The notes beneath the pieces were generated by a model that worked only from the letters and a program-made list of their open reading frames with translations, was not told the origin of the DNA and did not search any database. The translations under genes and the position numbers were made by a program. From Phoronis australis (taxonomy: Eukaryota; Animalia; Phoronida), in the NCBI GenBank assembly GCA_002633005.1, contig NMRA01000231.1:144473-208472 (forward strand): a stretch of DNA of 64,000 nucleotides. The letters run 5' to 3'. Every line of letters begins with the position of its first letter. Position 1 is the stretch's first letter. Positions 1-13,465 of this stretch are shown piece after piece.

Positions 1-187
1 TTTGTATTTGCAAATAGCCTGATTTTTCCTATAAATTTGTTTTTGTCAAAAATGAAGTCACTGCTCTAAAAAATTGAACATTTTTCTGGGGTCTCACGTA
101 ATTTTACATCTGAGTCAGCTATGGAGATTTGCCAAGTGACATGCTGATTCTCACTAACCCCTGCTCCACATCTGACCATTCACTAAC

Positions 188-1570
188 CTTGTAAGAGATC
201 TCCCACATAGGTTTGACACTGTCAGGGTTCTTCTCCCACTGAAGTATGACCAACCCTCTCTCCTCTAGCAGACTACAGCAAACTTCTCGCATCTTCCTGC
301 ATGTTACGGAGAGATGACGGATACTGAATGCGTCTAAACAACGAGCAATTTCTTGCAATATCTCAAACGGCAATGCTAGTATGCCTTGATAGTCAGTATA
401 CAAAAAATCCATTTTCTCACAGTCGGACGTTTCAGTTAGATCACAACTGGCATTCGATTCGATGGCTAAGTTTTCATTCGGTACAGGCGTACTAACTCCA
501 AAGCTTTCATTGACTACACTGTGAACGAGCTCAAAGCCTTGATCATTTGGACAGAATCTGCGGAAGGAATACGTGCAACCGGCATTTGCCAGCGGACAAC
601 GATCTTGCATCCAACCATTAACGCCGGGATGGATATCACTGTGTATATTCTTCATATGCGAGCAGTACTCATCCCGGCGGAAGCCCTGTGCACACAAAAA
701 CGTATACATTGACTTGGGCTTAGTTTGATACCGGGGCACTGACTCAACTGTTAGATCCAAGCTGAGACGAGTAACATTTGGAGCAGGCGGAGGACTGGGA
801 GGCCTAGGAGTTATATCCTCTGCCAGAGTTTCAACGTCCTTTTCTACTGAATCTCCACCAGCAGTATCGAGAGCACTTTCAGGCAGCACTTCCAACTGAT
901 GTGAACTCTGTGGTTCTGTAAATAGTTTATCACATATACTCTTCTGTAAACCAGGCGGATGCTTATAAAGTTCCCATGGTGCATCACTGCCATCATCTGA
1001 AATGGTGGCAGACGTATCGCTAGAAATGCTCTTCTCCTTAAAGGATGACGACTGAGCAAAAGGCATGGCAGGATATCGTCGTGTGAGGCTGTTGCGTAGA
1101 GCTCGGTGAACTTTCCGAGGCAGCTTCAGAGATTCATTGAGCATTCGTTGGTCCCGGAGTGCAAGGGCAACATCCAGCTGCTGTTGGTCGTTCTGTTCTC
1201 TCGAAGAAATTGTTCTCAAACCGTCGCGGTGAGGTCGCTCTCGAGAAAACGATGGCCAGCGATTCCACTCCATCGTACAGAAGACCACACTAGCCGGGCA
1301 CTTCTCTAAGTGTTTGCCGAGTTTTGATCGAGGCAAAATGATGGGACAGCCAAGTGAATGATTCACACAACGCACTTTTGCATTGGGACAAACCATCGAG
1401 TGGTCCAGCTGTTTGCAACCATGGAAACGTGCACCGCACTCCTCACGACAGTCCATCATCTCGCAGCAGTCTGTGTTGTCAACGAACGTAGTACAGTTCC
1501 GTCGGAAGCATGTCTTACAATGGTAATGTATTGACACGTCCAGCACGCAGCCATCGGCCATCTTGCCATA
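188..1570 (-). CDS. FBXO30/FBXO40: F-box only protein 30/40-like (TRAF-type zinc fingers + C-terminal F-box); main coding exon, final exon lies left of the window
   Basis: The ORF has a His/Cys-rich N-terminus (HYHCKTC...CGARFHGCK...HSMVCP...HLEKCPASVVFCTMEWNRWP), the motif FLCAQGFRRDEY..H.KNIHSDIHPG.NGWM..RCPLA..GCTYS.RRF and an F-box (LALPFEILQEIARCLDAFSIRHLSVTC), as in FBXO30/40. Acceptor tttcag at 1572/1571, probable ATG at 1561 (MADG), donor aag|gttagt after 188. Confidence 0.92.
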
Positions 1571-1675
1571 CTGAAATTGAAAGATGCCCCAATCAAGAAG
1601 TGTCTCTACAAAGACAGGAATGCATGATAAGCAACATGCAGGAAACATCTGATAATATTAATCGATTGCTGGGAA

Positions 1676-1897
1676 CTGTGAAATCTCACCAATTTTGGAC
1701 AAAAATTGAGTTTTTTTCAAAGCTTTCTAGCATTGTTAGGAATGCCCAGTTTCTTAAACTTAGTCTGACAGTAGCTAAGGTGTAGACCTTTAAAATGTTC
1801 AATTATTTAGTTGGTGCTAATTCTTTCGTGAAAAAAATGAAGAAATAAAATTTTACTTATCAATCTTATTGTACCCTAAATTGGTGAGATTTTACAG
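1676..1897. mobile_element. Tc1/mariner-like MITE in FBXO intron
   Basis: 20-bp terminal inverted repeats ctgtgaaatctcaccaattt / aaattggtgagattttacag (19/20 match) around an AT-rich noncoding interior. Confidence 0.75.
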
Positions 1898-2639
1898 CAT
1901 TCATATCGATCTCAAATTAAACTCCAAATCACAGCACCACAGTGTATCACAAGACAGGAAACACGAGATAGACAAGAGAAATTGTATCTTTCCGTTTTCG
2001 CATAAAACTTAAGTAACACAGACTTAATGCACAAATTTCAAGTTTATTGCCATAGCTACCATCACATGACGCTAAACTGTGGGTATTCACAACAATTTTT
2101 GAGGTAGCTGAGATTATACCATAGTATTTATTGAATGGTAGATTAACAGAACTTTTATTAAAAAGCTTCTGTAGTGAAATTGGTTTGAACAAAAATACAT
2201 AAAAACATGTATGGTGCATGAATGATATAGGCAGGGCATGGGAAAAATACACACAAATTGTACACAAATTTACTGTAAACCAGCGCTATGATATGGTATG
2301 AATATGAATTATTACACTACAGTCTTTTTGCACTCCATATGTTTTTTGAGATAAACATAATTTATTAATTCATCCAACAAAAATACATGTACAGAAACAT
2401 AAATTCTAACCACTAGAATTACATCAAACAAATTAAAACACTATCCAACCCTATAAAAACTAATTACTATGCAAAAACAATACCATCTTGCGTCGAATCT
2501 ATCAGGTGCCAATTTATGATAATAAATAATTTTTCCAGGTTGTGGTAATCACAAATCTCCCATCTCACTGAAATTTGGGCTCACCGTTTTGCAATCTTTG
2601 ACTCTAGAAATGAAATTTCTCAAAGTAACTTAAATTTAC

Positions 2640-2875
2640 AACTTCACACGCCATCTGTTGGTCACATCATGTGTTCTATAGAGATTAGAGAAGTCTGATA
2701 AGATCTCTTCCCCAACTTTGGGTTAGATGTCTCCCATTAAGTCTAACTGGACTTCTGTAATTGACCTTGGACCATACAGTTCATGGCACTAAAGCATATC
2801 CACTGACAACAGAAAGTCCTGGGTTTGAGCTCCGGTAGGAACAGAGATCCTTTCAGACTTCACTCTGGGTCACGT
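2640..2875 (+). repeat. Decayed tRNA-related repeat with upstream CTCF-like motif
   Basis: cacgccatctgttggtc (2647-2663), then degenerate tRNA-like A/B boxes (cagttcatggcactaaagca ... cctgggtttgagctccgg). No clean cloverleaf. Confidence 0.4.
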
Positions 2876-5800
2876 GAAGTGTTAAACACATAGCTTGTAA
2901 GAAAACTCATGTAATTCTTACCCGTAACCTCAAAAATGTATCTTTCTTTCAAGCAAAGAATTTTAGACACAACAATTCTTATTATCCAAAACTTTAAGAC
3001 TAACATACTACATGGTCTGAGTGCACACTGTTTGCAATTTATGACACGGCAATGTACAATGAGGAAATTAACATTTCAAAGAACATCTGAGTGCTTAGCC
3101 CATTGGACCGAGCAAATGTTAAGAATCCAGCAACTTTTTTCTCTGAAACAGAAGCCTGCATTGATCACAAATAGTCAAACCAAGTAAAAATGTGCTCCAA
3201 TCAATTCATACTGTTCTGCTGACATCCAAAACAAACAATCATTATGGCTAATGTCTATACACTCACTCCAGCCCAGGAATAACATTTGTGATATGAACAA
3301 TGCTATGTAATGACCATTCTTAAAGCTGAGGATAAGTTTATAACAAGAGTGGCTGGGATGCCCTTGTGGAGCTGAATGTATGTCTAATGAATGAAATCTA
3401 TGAAAACCGATGGCCATGTTATAAAAGGCTGAAATATTAATCGTTCTCGTTTTATATGACAATTTTATTAGAAATAGAACAAAGCGAAATTCTACAACCA
3501 CCAAAACAGTATGTAAAAAACTGAAATAAACGCGTGTTCAGGTGAATGGATTGGATTGATGCACCATCAAATAGCACAGTTTTACCCTCAATCACTACCT
3601 GTAGACTTCATTGCTGTCTTCTCATGACAAAATAGATCGCTTGAAAAAATTTCCCACGCACTACAGAATTTGATGATTGTGCCGCACTTAACCAGAGTTA
3701 GGGTCATGGATAACCTTATTTGTAAGTGTCTCTACTTAGCCAAAAATCTACAAAACAATAGATTTTAACCAGTCAGTAAAGAATATCTTTTGTTAAAGTA
3801 GAAAGCCTATAGAATTTGATTATTGACTTTTTACCAACCTGCCATTAATTGGGTCATGTTACCGTGTCTTTTTAGAAAAATTTTACAAAAAAGAAAGGTA
3901 TGTTGATAGCAAATAATATTTGATTTATATGTCTGAAATGAGATCAGATTTCAAAAACAGTGTTCCTCATAGATGAGAATATGTATATTCCTAGCTTCCA
4001 TTTAAATGATGATAACAAATACTTGATCTCCGCGCAGTGTACTGGGACCTGCTACGTGATTCTTCTTGACATGAGCAAATTCCCCGTGTTGTTTTATTTT
4101 ATTCCACTATAGAAAAGTGTGCACCTGGTGGTGAACCAAGTCCGCGAGAAATGAACGAAACAGCTGTACACTGACACCATTAAAAGTACGGCTTTTCGGT
4201 TCCAAAAGGGATCTTTATTTATTATTATTAGTGTTTGTCAGTTTTCTAAAATATTTCGTTTTCATTTTATGCAACTTGAAGAGTTTTTCTCATGAAAATC
4301 AGTTGCCACTCATACAAAAGTGGAACATTGCAAAAAATACCCGAGCAAGATCTTGGAGAAAAGTGCATGAAGCCCAGCAATGTTCTCCACAACCTGTTTG
4401 ACTCGTCACTGCGTGGAGTTTGAATTTTGTCATGAGGAGTTAGGCTTACTTGCGTCAAGTTTGGTAACCAATGCAACGAGTTTCCAGTATTGGTAGATCA
4501 GCCATTTCTTAAGCAAATTTGGACATTTTGGATTTTTGGTGCCAGTTCAGTGCATTAATTCCAATACTAGACACAAACTCTGCACAGTGTGGACATGGAC
4601 TTTCAACCATGTTCATGAATTTTGTAATTCGCGTCAAGCTTGAATTTTCTGTTGTGGAAAACACTGATAAGTAATTGAAAGTTTCATGTAACTGAAGGTC
4701 AAAGGAGTCGATGTTGAAAAACAGCATGCTAACCACTAAAGAATCTATGTTTACCTATTACTTTGTCTTGTAATTAGTTCCATCCCACAGGAAATTATTT
4801 GACTTTTCTACTGACTGTCTAATTCAGAGACAATTCATTATAATGCAAGTTTGTCTTCTTCTAAGACCACAAAACAATTATGTCGAGAACTTTAAACTTT
4901 TCAAACCAACAAGTCTTATAAAAATATAAACAACAAAGTTGTAATTTTTACCTCAGGTCTGCTGACATCAAAGCTCACATTGTTTGTATGGGATTTCTGA
5001 GTACTGTAAAACTCCACTTTACAGAACTAACGATATTACCCAACTAACTAAAGGCAAATATCTGCAATTTCAGTACTTTAGTATCCTGCATGACTTGTAA
5101 TGCCGAATTACCAAATAACTCAACTATAAAGTAGCAAGCTATCAGTGAACATAAGCAAGTTTAGTGCAGACATAAATTTAAATGAACGTAACAGAATTCA
5201 AACAAGTGATCAGGTAGTAATGGTAATGACAGGATTGCAATCATACCGGCAAGTGAATTCTGGGCAAAGTTCCGTAGATAAATCTCGTGAAGGAAACAGA
5301 GTGTTATCACGTGCTTCAATTGCCATACATGACAGTATCTCGCAAAGTCTTGCGCGACCTTGTATTTTAGTGAGGTTTTCACAACTACGGAATGCAAGCA
5401 TGCTTTACTTACCAGCAGGAGGTAACGCACAGCTGTTTGGATCATGGCTGCAACTTCAAATTTAAGTTTACAGATTCTAATCGGGAAGAACCAGTGACCA
5501 CTAAAGTTCAAACCTTCTTCACACTGTCAGTCAGTTGTGTTGAGTTTCCAGCAGTGAATCTAACAAGTAACACCAGGTATGCACATCAGCAAACCCATCA
5601 AATACCACTAGAGGTCGGAGGTCAGAAGTGATGCACAATCCTCAAGACTTCAGCCACAGTTGGCGAAGATAGGACCTGAGACTAGCAGATTCAGTAATCC
5701 TGAATCCAAATCAAGAGGTTTCAAGAAGCGGATACCAGAGTTCACCATTTACTGGAGATCAGCTTCCATCACATAGCAAAGCAGATAAGATAGTCTAGAT

Positions 5801-7114
5801 GTAATCTCGGGACAGTTTCTTATACTAATGGTCAGCTTCACAAAAGACTCAAGAACATGAACAGCCATTCAATCACACTGCACAAACTCCAAATTATCCA
5901 TGTCTATCCAAGTGATCACACAACCATCTTCTCTCACTCCATGTACCACACCACTCCAAGACCTCTGTGGCCTAGTCCTGCCAACTTGCTGTTCAATACA
6001 CAAAACAGATGCCAAGATATGTATTAGATGAGGCTAATTAACAAACTAAGACCACATGGCCAAATGCATGTGTTCTTGTTGAGGCAGCCTAGTTGATGAG
6101 AGCACACTGCTACCTTCACAATGTGGACAGTGAATAATTAATTAACTGCTGATCATGTTACCAGACAGCCAGTGATGACATCACAGCCAGATGCTGACCA
6201 ATACCAGTGAGATTTGCCAAATAAGCTTATTGTAATCCCCTTCATAAATTTAGTTCTTCTAATTAACAATGTGAAATATTGGAAACAAACCTACAACTCT
6301 CTTTTCTTTAAAACCGCAATATCATTTTCCATACTAAATTTACAAAATTATCTTCCACCAGAGTGACTGCAAAATTCACCCCAAGATCAATGGATGCTCA
6401 TGTACAAAGGATCCAGATTCAATGCAGCCTCTATGAACAAGTTGAGTAGGGTCAGTAAAAGGTGAGATAAGCCCCATTCTCCAAGCTACATACTACAGCA
6501 ACCACGATTAGCAGAATTTCGAAAAACTGCCTCAAAGCACTCCGCTTCAGAAATTCAACAAATCCAAGTAAAGCTCAACACAGCACTTGAATAATGCAAG
6601 GTACAATCAGAAATGACATGATCTGCACAGAATATATCCCTAATCAATAGATAATAGACGATCAATACATCAGTGCCTTGACACACAGAAACACACTACC
6701 CCATGACAGATGGCCTCCTGTCAATTAGTAATCATAAAGAGTATACCTACCTGAGTCCGTCACCCTGAATAGTGAATGTCTCCGCGCCAATACACGCGTT
6801 CATCAATAAATGATGTTTTTTTACATTGAATATGCCCCTGAGTAATAAATAAGGACAATGTTTGTCTTGTGTAGTGCGTAAGAAATAATTAGTGGTAGAT
6901 ACAATCATGTCAACTAACAATGAGTACATACACTGATCTACAAATACAATCAGCTAAATTAAGGGTTCAGTGACCTTACTAAGCTGTAAACAATTGATTA
7001 ACTTTAACAAACATATTAAGTGATATATGTAAATCAAACAGAACACATTATAATGTACTTGGCAAAATTAAACTGATAATCTCAAGACTATATTAAACTT
7101 AAAAGAACCAAAGA

Positions 7115-7200
7115 TCATACCAAGCAAACGTCATACCAAGCAAATGTCATACCAAGCAAACGTCATACCAAGCAAACGTCATACCAAGCAAACATACCAA
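7115..7200. repeat. 16-bp minisatellite (tcataccaagcaaacg) x ~4.5
   Basis: Direct tandem copies visible. Confidence 0.95.
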
Positions 7201-10200
7201 CCTACCAACATACCTAATCTTGAATGGCCTTCACTAAGTATTGGCAATCAATTGAAATAATTATAAATAATCACAGACTTCTTTATTTTTCTTTAATTTT
7301 CATTTTCCCATGTGAACTTATGCAATGTTATAATCCCAAAAAACATATGTTAGGTGCCCAGTACAAATTAAGAAATTCGTTTTTTATTGAGCATAGTTTA
7401 ATCTGTTTAATGAAGATCAAGAAATCAATCAGCCAGGATAAACATTCTTCCTCATCTTATAAAAAATCAATGCCTTTAAATGATTATGCTGACCTTACAC
7501 AATAACCTTCCAATTTTTTAGTTTCTTAATATAAATACCCTGGGCGCTAACCCAGGACAGATGAATACAGTGTGTATAATTTTATTCCCAAAATGACACA
7601 GCCCAAGGTACAGCAGAAATTAATTAATTAGCTTTTGGCAGTCTCATACCACTGCATTTCCTGGAGAAACATTGCTCTTGAGTTGCACAATGTACCTTTG
7701 TTGTATAATGCTCATTACATTACTCGATCCTCATGTGTTGAACAACGCTTATTTGATTACTGAATTTTATTTGTACGGCTATTTGAATGTGCCATGTACG
7801 ACTCACTAACTTATCAGGAAATAATTGTGTTGTTGGTAGCTGCCTCTACTTAAATTTAATTTTTTTAGATATTTTCAACGAGACCCACAAATTTCAAATA
7901 CTGGGTAATATATTTCTAAAATCCTTGATGATCATAGAAAAGTTGTAATGTGAAAAAAAAACAAACCTTTACCAGTGTTCAAATCCTGTTGTTTCAAGGT
8001 TCTCCACTTCTCAACATTAAAAAGATGGTAGAACCGCACAGGGCTCACACTAAAGACCAAAGGCCCATTGGCAAGTAACTATAGAGGGGGTTACCCTGGA
8101 GGTTTTGGACAACCCTTCCCTAGATTTTTTTTACCCTAAGGGTTAGATTTTGCATTTTAGAAACTTTATTAAAAATATGTTACGATATTGCAAAAATGAG
8201 TAAACTCTGCAAATAAGAAATACAAAAGCAATGATCTTAACATTATCAGGACCAGATTTTTATTCCAATTCCCATTATCAACAACACAGTCTATTTTTAC
8301 TCATGCAGTTTATTGTAGTTAAAGCCTGCCCTGGCGCGAGCAGTGTAAAAATGTCCAGTTGCCAATTTGGACAACTGAACGAATAACTGTTTTAAAAAGA
8401 ATTTGATAACGGGAGTAAGGTGTCCCTCTATGTGCCAAAGGTGCTTATAGTAACATGACTTTGATGGTTTAACCAGTGCGAGGCATAATTTGCTGAAAAT
8501 CTTCCAGCCTACGGGGACGGGGAGGCTATGGGATGCACAAGATCTCTAATGCCACCAGTTGAGATGGTGGTATTGTCCACCCCAATAACAGAGTAGTAGG
8601 GGTTGCCTGTTGCCTAGCTAGCTAATTATTCCACTATTACTAATGCTTCACTGACAGTGACACCACAGGCCCCTTTTATCAGCTACTAGAATGATACTAT
8701 AATGAATAAAAACAGGGTATACAAGAGCAATACAGTTAGAGTGTATACTTCATATCTTTAATTGGGAACATTGATGCTTAACTTAAGGTTAACGTTTTTA
8801 GTGAAGCTACAACCATTAAAAAATGGAATCAATTAAGCAATATGCCTCAAATTCCAAAGCTCACTCAGATGGATACTTCAGACTGGGCTTCCAATGCACA
8901 TGCATGCATAATGCATGCTGGATATAAGTGGCGGCATCTACTGGTGAGGGTCACAAAACTAAATTTTAGAACATGTGTCCTTGGAACAACTGTGCACTTG
9001 TTCATAAAACTTCTGTTACAGACATGCTCTTAAAAATACCAGCTTCATTCCACAGTGTGTTTTCAATACCCGTAAAAAACACTGGGTTTTATTACCAAAC
9101 TTCTCGAACTTGCACCACTGCCAAGTAGTGTACGGTACAAACTATCAACCAATCAACAACTGTGTCGTGCATGTTGTTTTTACTTGGTGAGGGGCTATTT
9201 TGAGCATGCCCATTGGAGCGCAATCTGAGGAACCCATTGTTAATCGGTGAGTGAACTGTGGAATTTGAAGGGTATTGCCTGCATCAGATGCTTCCATTTG
9301 TCTTTAATGGTTATGTCTTTCACTAAACAAATATTAATTTAAGCATCACTGCCCACAATTATAGATTTGGGGTGTATTTTTAACAGTCCCATCAGTCGCC
9401 TTAGTATGCTTTTTATATATTTATGGTACGTGACAGCAAACAACAGATGAGAGTTCCTGTTTTGACATTTGACACTTTTGCATATATGTAGTGTGTGGGG
9501 GCACTCTTACCATCCCTTGGTTGTTATACTGAATTAAGAGAAAGGTATATAACTGCTACCCACTGGTTGCCCACAAGACACTTCCAGAACATCTGAAAGA
9601 ATGTCAATTTGAGATTAATTTGTGCCACACATTTTGTCTCCAACTGCAAAACGTTCACTACATAATTCCTTGACATTAACGCCAATAAATAACAGTATTC
9701 CTTCTAAATTTTCCTAATTTAATCGGCAACAGTCACGGCAAAGCGTCCTGGCCAATTTTTTCTATTCACATCAACCGATGTGCAGTTCATCGCCACCGAA
9801 CGATTATGTTCTACAATAGTGGATACAGGGTACATGCTGACACGGAGAGCCTCGTGACTGTAATTTGCGATCACAACGAGCTGACCTCAGTTCCACCTGA
9901 TGTGATGAGATAACAAACATATAGTTGACTCTGATCAGTAATTCGACTCATAGAATTTCAGACCACCATTCAATTAATTAAATTACACACGTGCTCCTCT
10001 GGTTCTACTTGATTATGAGGAACAGAAAGAAATTCAAAGGCCCCTGAAAAGGTTGTTTGCTTGTACATATTCAGCGTGGTACTGGAGTACTCTGCCTCTA
10101 CTGTTGCTGTTTTTAGTTGACGTAGGCGTTCTGTTACTTTGGGAGTGACCTGACAAGCATATGCAGTGCTTAGATGTGAATGGAGAAAGTCAGCCGACAC

Positions 10201-12279
10201 GCTTTGCCATGAATGTTGGCAATTGCATTAAGAAAATTTGGGTGCAATAACGGTGATTATTGGCATCACAGTCAACAAGTGCAACTAGTAAATGTGTTGC
10301 AGTGCGAGATAAAATGTGCGACAAGCCTTCAAGCAGCATACGTCCTAGGCGTCCATTTGGACGCCCAGGACGAACGCTCCATTTGGACACCCTAGCACTA
10401 TTAATCTGGAGGCCCTGGCACAGATGCTCAATGTATCATTTTGATGCCCTGTCAATCATAATTTCTTCATTTGGACACCCACATTGTACGATTACTAGGA
10501 CTTCCCAGTTAATGAAAAAGAGAAGTTGGCCCTTTCAACTTGAAATAAATATACCACGTATAAAATGTACCAATGTTCACACTATTTTCAAAGTATTTCG
10601 TAGACCTGTCAATCTTTAGCACCTGTTTGGTTGCCACAGAGTCTCCGCTTTCAGTGGTCTTATATATCACTGCAATTCAGTACTTTATACAGGGACACCA
10701 ACCTTGGTTAACTCCAAACTGGTGTTTCAGAGCTGTAGTTTCATGTTTTTCGTCTTTTTTTAAAAACACTCAAGCGAAATAAATGTCATTATTTGAATAC
10801 TATGTGATGCGCCACAAGATTATGCCATTTAAAATGTTTGAGTTTGAGCTGGTTTCATGCTTTTCTACGTGCGTCTTAATATGGAGCAGCAGTGACACCT
10901 GTTGCCAAAATATAAACCACACATCATTTGTTCATTTTTCTTGTGTTGGTAACTGCAACTTTGATGATTCATTGTACAGAACACAAAGCTAGTTAAGATA
11001 TGATAAACTTTATAACACGAACTTGCACCCATCGTTCAACCAACACCTGTAATACGTGTAATACCTGTTTGGTAAGCTGTTTTCGTAAATTTATTTAGAC
11101 ATAAAATTCTTGATCCACAAAGTTTCTTTTAGTAAAAGGCTCAATACAAGAGAGCTGTTTTTATATTAAAGTTAGATGTAAAAGCTTAGTTCAACACATC
11201 TTTGTAAAAACCTCGCTGTGTGTGGGGGGGAGGGGGAGTGGGGGTAAAACGTCGTTGGAATCAGGCACACCCTGGAATATTATGAACCCCATTTTGAACA
11301 CTCTATTTTCGAAATCCTAGATAAAACCCTGAAGTGTGATGCAGACTACTCCGAAAATGACATGCTTTGAGTATTGAGTTGATCCAGAAGAGCCTGGTAG
11401 GCGACCAAATAAGATAGCATTTGTATGCCTTTCTCTAAGTCAGGGTTGAGGCGGCTGGTGGTTGTCAATCACAAACCACTGCTATTGAAAAGTGCTGGCT
11501 TCGCTTGCAGTTTTTGCAAGCAGCGGTTATCGAAGAAGTTTCACAAAACGTGGAATGTGCGACCTTGAAAATAGTTCAAAACCATACCGAGATTATAAAA
11601 TGATCATCTTCTGTTCTGTTCACCTTTTAAGCACAAGAATTAGCAACCCAAATTTAAAGAACTTTGTCGATAAAAAACACCACCTTCAAAATGGCGCCTT
11701 CGATGTCTGTTTCCAATTCTGCCTGATTAAGATCTCGAGAATCGGTCTCATTTCTAACCCATGGCATTCAAGTACAGGCTAGGTCATTGGGTTAACTGTT
11801 GACATCTTTTCACAAATCACGACATCAACTTACAGCTATAAATATACTCAGCCACAAGATAGCATCGAGAGCATAGCATGTGTGTGGAAAATGTCGACAT
11901 GTTTGCATATATATGAACTTCCCCAAGCTGGTGTCACAGGGCACAAGTACTTAACGCACTCTGTTCCGCCAAGGGGTTCCCCATACCAACAATTCCTCGT
12001 CAAAGTCTTTGGAGTTCAGGTACACACAGACAAAGTTATTGCACGTCCAAACTGGACTTATTTAATTTTCACTTCAGTTCTCCGTAGGCTGTCTGAACCA
12101 CAGAGACTCTCGAAACTAAGTTCAACTATCTTAACAATAAATCACAATATTCAATTCAAATCAGTCTCAGAATTCGCAGATTCACTCGAACCAAACGGCA
12201 CGTCTTTCTTCTAACACAACAAAAACGAAAGAGGCTGAACACGAGGGTTCAGCGGACAAACCGAATATCACCAGCAGGC

Positions 12280-12380
12280 CCTGATTGGCCAAAACAATAG
12301 ATCAATTAACCACAAGAGGGGTTCCCACAACAACCAATTAGGCAATCATAACAAACCTGACCTCAAAGGTCAGAGGTCAC
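12280..12380. promoter_or_regulatory. Candidate promoter/enhancer: two CCAAT boxes and a composite nuclear-receptor element
   Basis: ctgattggcc (12281-12290), aaccaatta (~12332), TGACCT-caa-AGGTCA-g-AGGTCA (12358-12379). Confidence 0.45.
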
Positions 12381-13063
12381 ATACGTGTCATTTTCAGTGT
12401 TCACGACACTACTGCCAAGTTCTTTCTTTTACGCCATATACAATGCCTCTTGGCGCTATATATTTATTGTACTGAATATTTCACAGTACTTCTTTCTTTG
12501 ACTTTAAATGAATGTTTCTGTTCTGGTTAGAAATCGTTACTGTATTTTGCGTCATTCAGGCCTTGCAACTACCACAGGTACAATTTCAATTTCCAATATT
12601 TTGGCAAAATTGCATTGTTCCATGGTTTAACAACCTTGTGAAGCATGTCTGTAAATGTTCTGTGCTTTCCATTCAGATTCACTACTAACTACTGTACTTG
12701 CACACTTTGGTGGCGCTGCAAAATAATTGTTGTTCAGGACCTAGTTCAGGACACAACGCCTCGTTTTAGCATCAATTTTAACAATGCAAGCGTGAAAGTA
12801 TGTGGGTTTCAAACATGCAGAACCACTGTAGTCGGGACATAACGTATCGTTTTCAAATATAGTGGAAAATTCGTGCAAGTAGTGAATTTGCAAACGGGTT
12901 ACTGGTAGTGGTACGTCACTACGTGTCTGGTGTGGTGGCAGTGCCAGGCTGGTACAGAGAGTATGAAATCGAATACTTCCAGCTAATGCGGCATGGTTAA
13001 AGTCACACAGACCAATATGCACAAGTAATCAGTCATCATCACCATAATTACTCAGTAACTTAC

Positions 13064-13465
13064 CGACAATGTTGTTAAACCATAGACAACAGAGTGATTA
13101 CACTTTCTATGGGAGTTTCTTCCAACTTCCGGAATCCGTGTGACTCAACACCACTTGCAAAATAATATTTCTTTTTTAATTTTGTTTCTGTAATCATAAT
13201 TCTCACTTGGAAAAACTTTAAACCTAAATTAGTAACTCTGAACAAATTTTTATCAGAGCTAATGCACAAATGATGGATTTTTAGAGAAATAGTCAAAATC
13301 CTGTACTAGGCTATAAACAAAAGTTTGTGTAAATTTGCAACAGAGGGCGCACTTTTACTTCCTGAAAACTCGTACTGTAATGAGTTTCAGTGTCAGACTT
13401 TTGTAATTTTGATCTTTACATAATGTGATTAAGTTAACATAGCACAAGAACGTTAACACTTTATG
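13064..13465. promoter_or_regulatory. Probable bidirectional promoter with the noncoding first exons of FBXO30/40 (-) and APH1 (+)
   Basis: Outward-facing strong donors: - strand gtcg|GTAAGT at 13063 and + strand tatg|GTAAGT at 13466. ETS motifs ACTTCCGG (13125-13132) and ACTTCCTG (13357-13364); CTCF-like gcaacagagggcgc (13337-13350). Both genes' ATG exons start with a splice acceptor, so upstream exons are required. Confidence 0.6.

Noticed and set aside
119-1648. ORF-track boundaries for the F-box protein
   Set aside because: Both ends run into introns: acceptor at 1571 and donor at 187. The same applies to the 30068 start of the POU ORF.
5145-5631. Cluster of overlapping 60-116 aa ORFs on both strands
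   Set aside because: No homology or motif recognised. A - strand donor near 5412 might mark an FBXO UTR exon, but I cannot support it.
9898-9937. C/D-box snoRNA-like TGATGA...CTGA with terminal stem
   Set aside because: Only ~40 nt, too short, with no recognisable guide.
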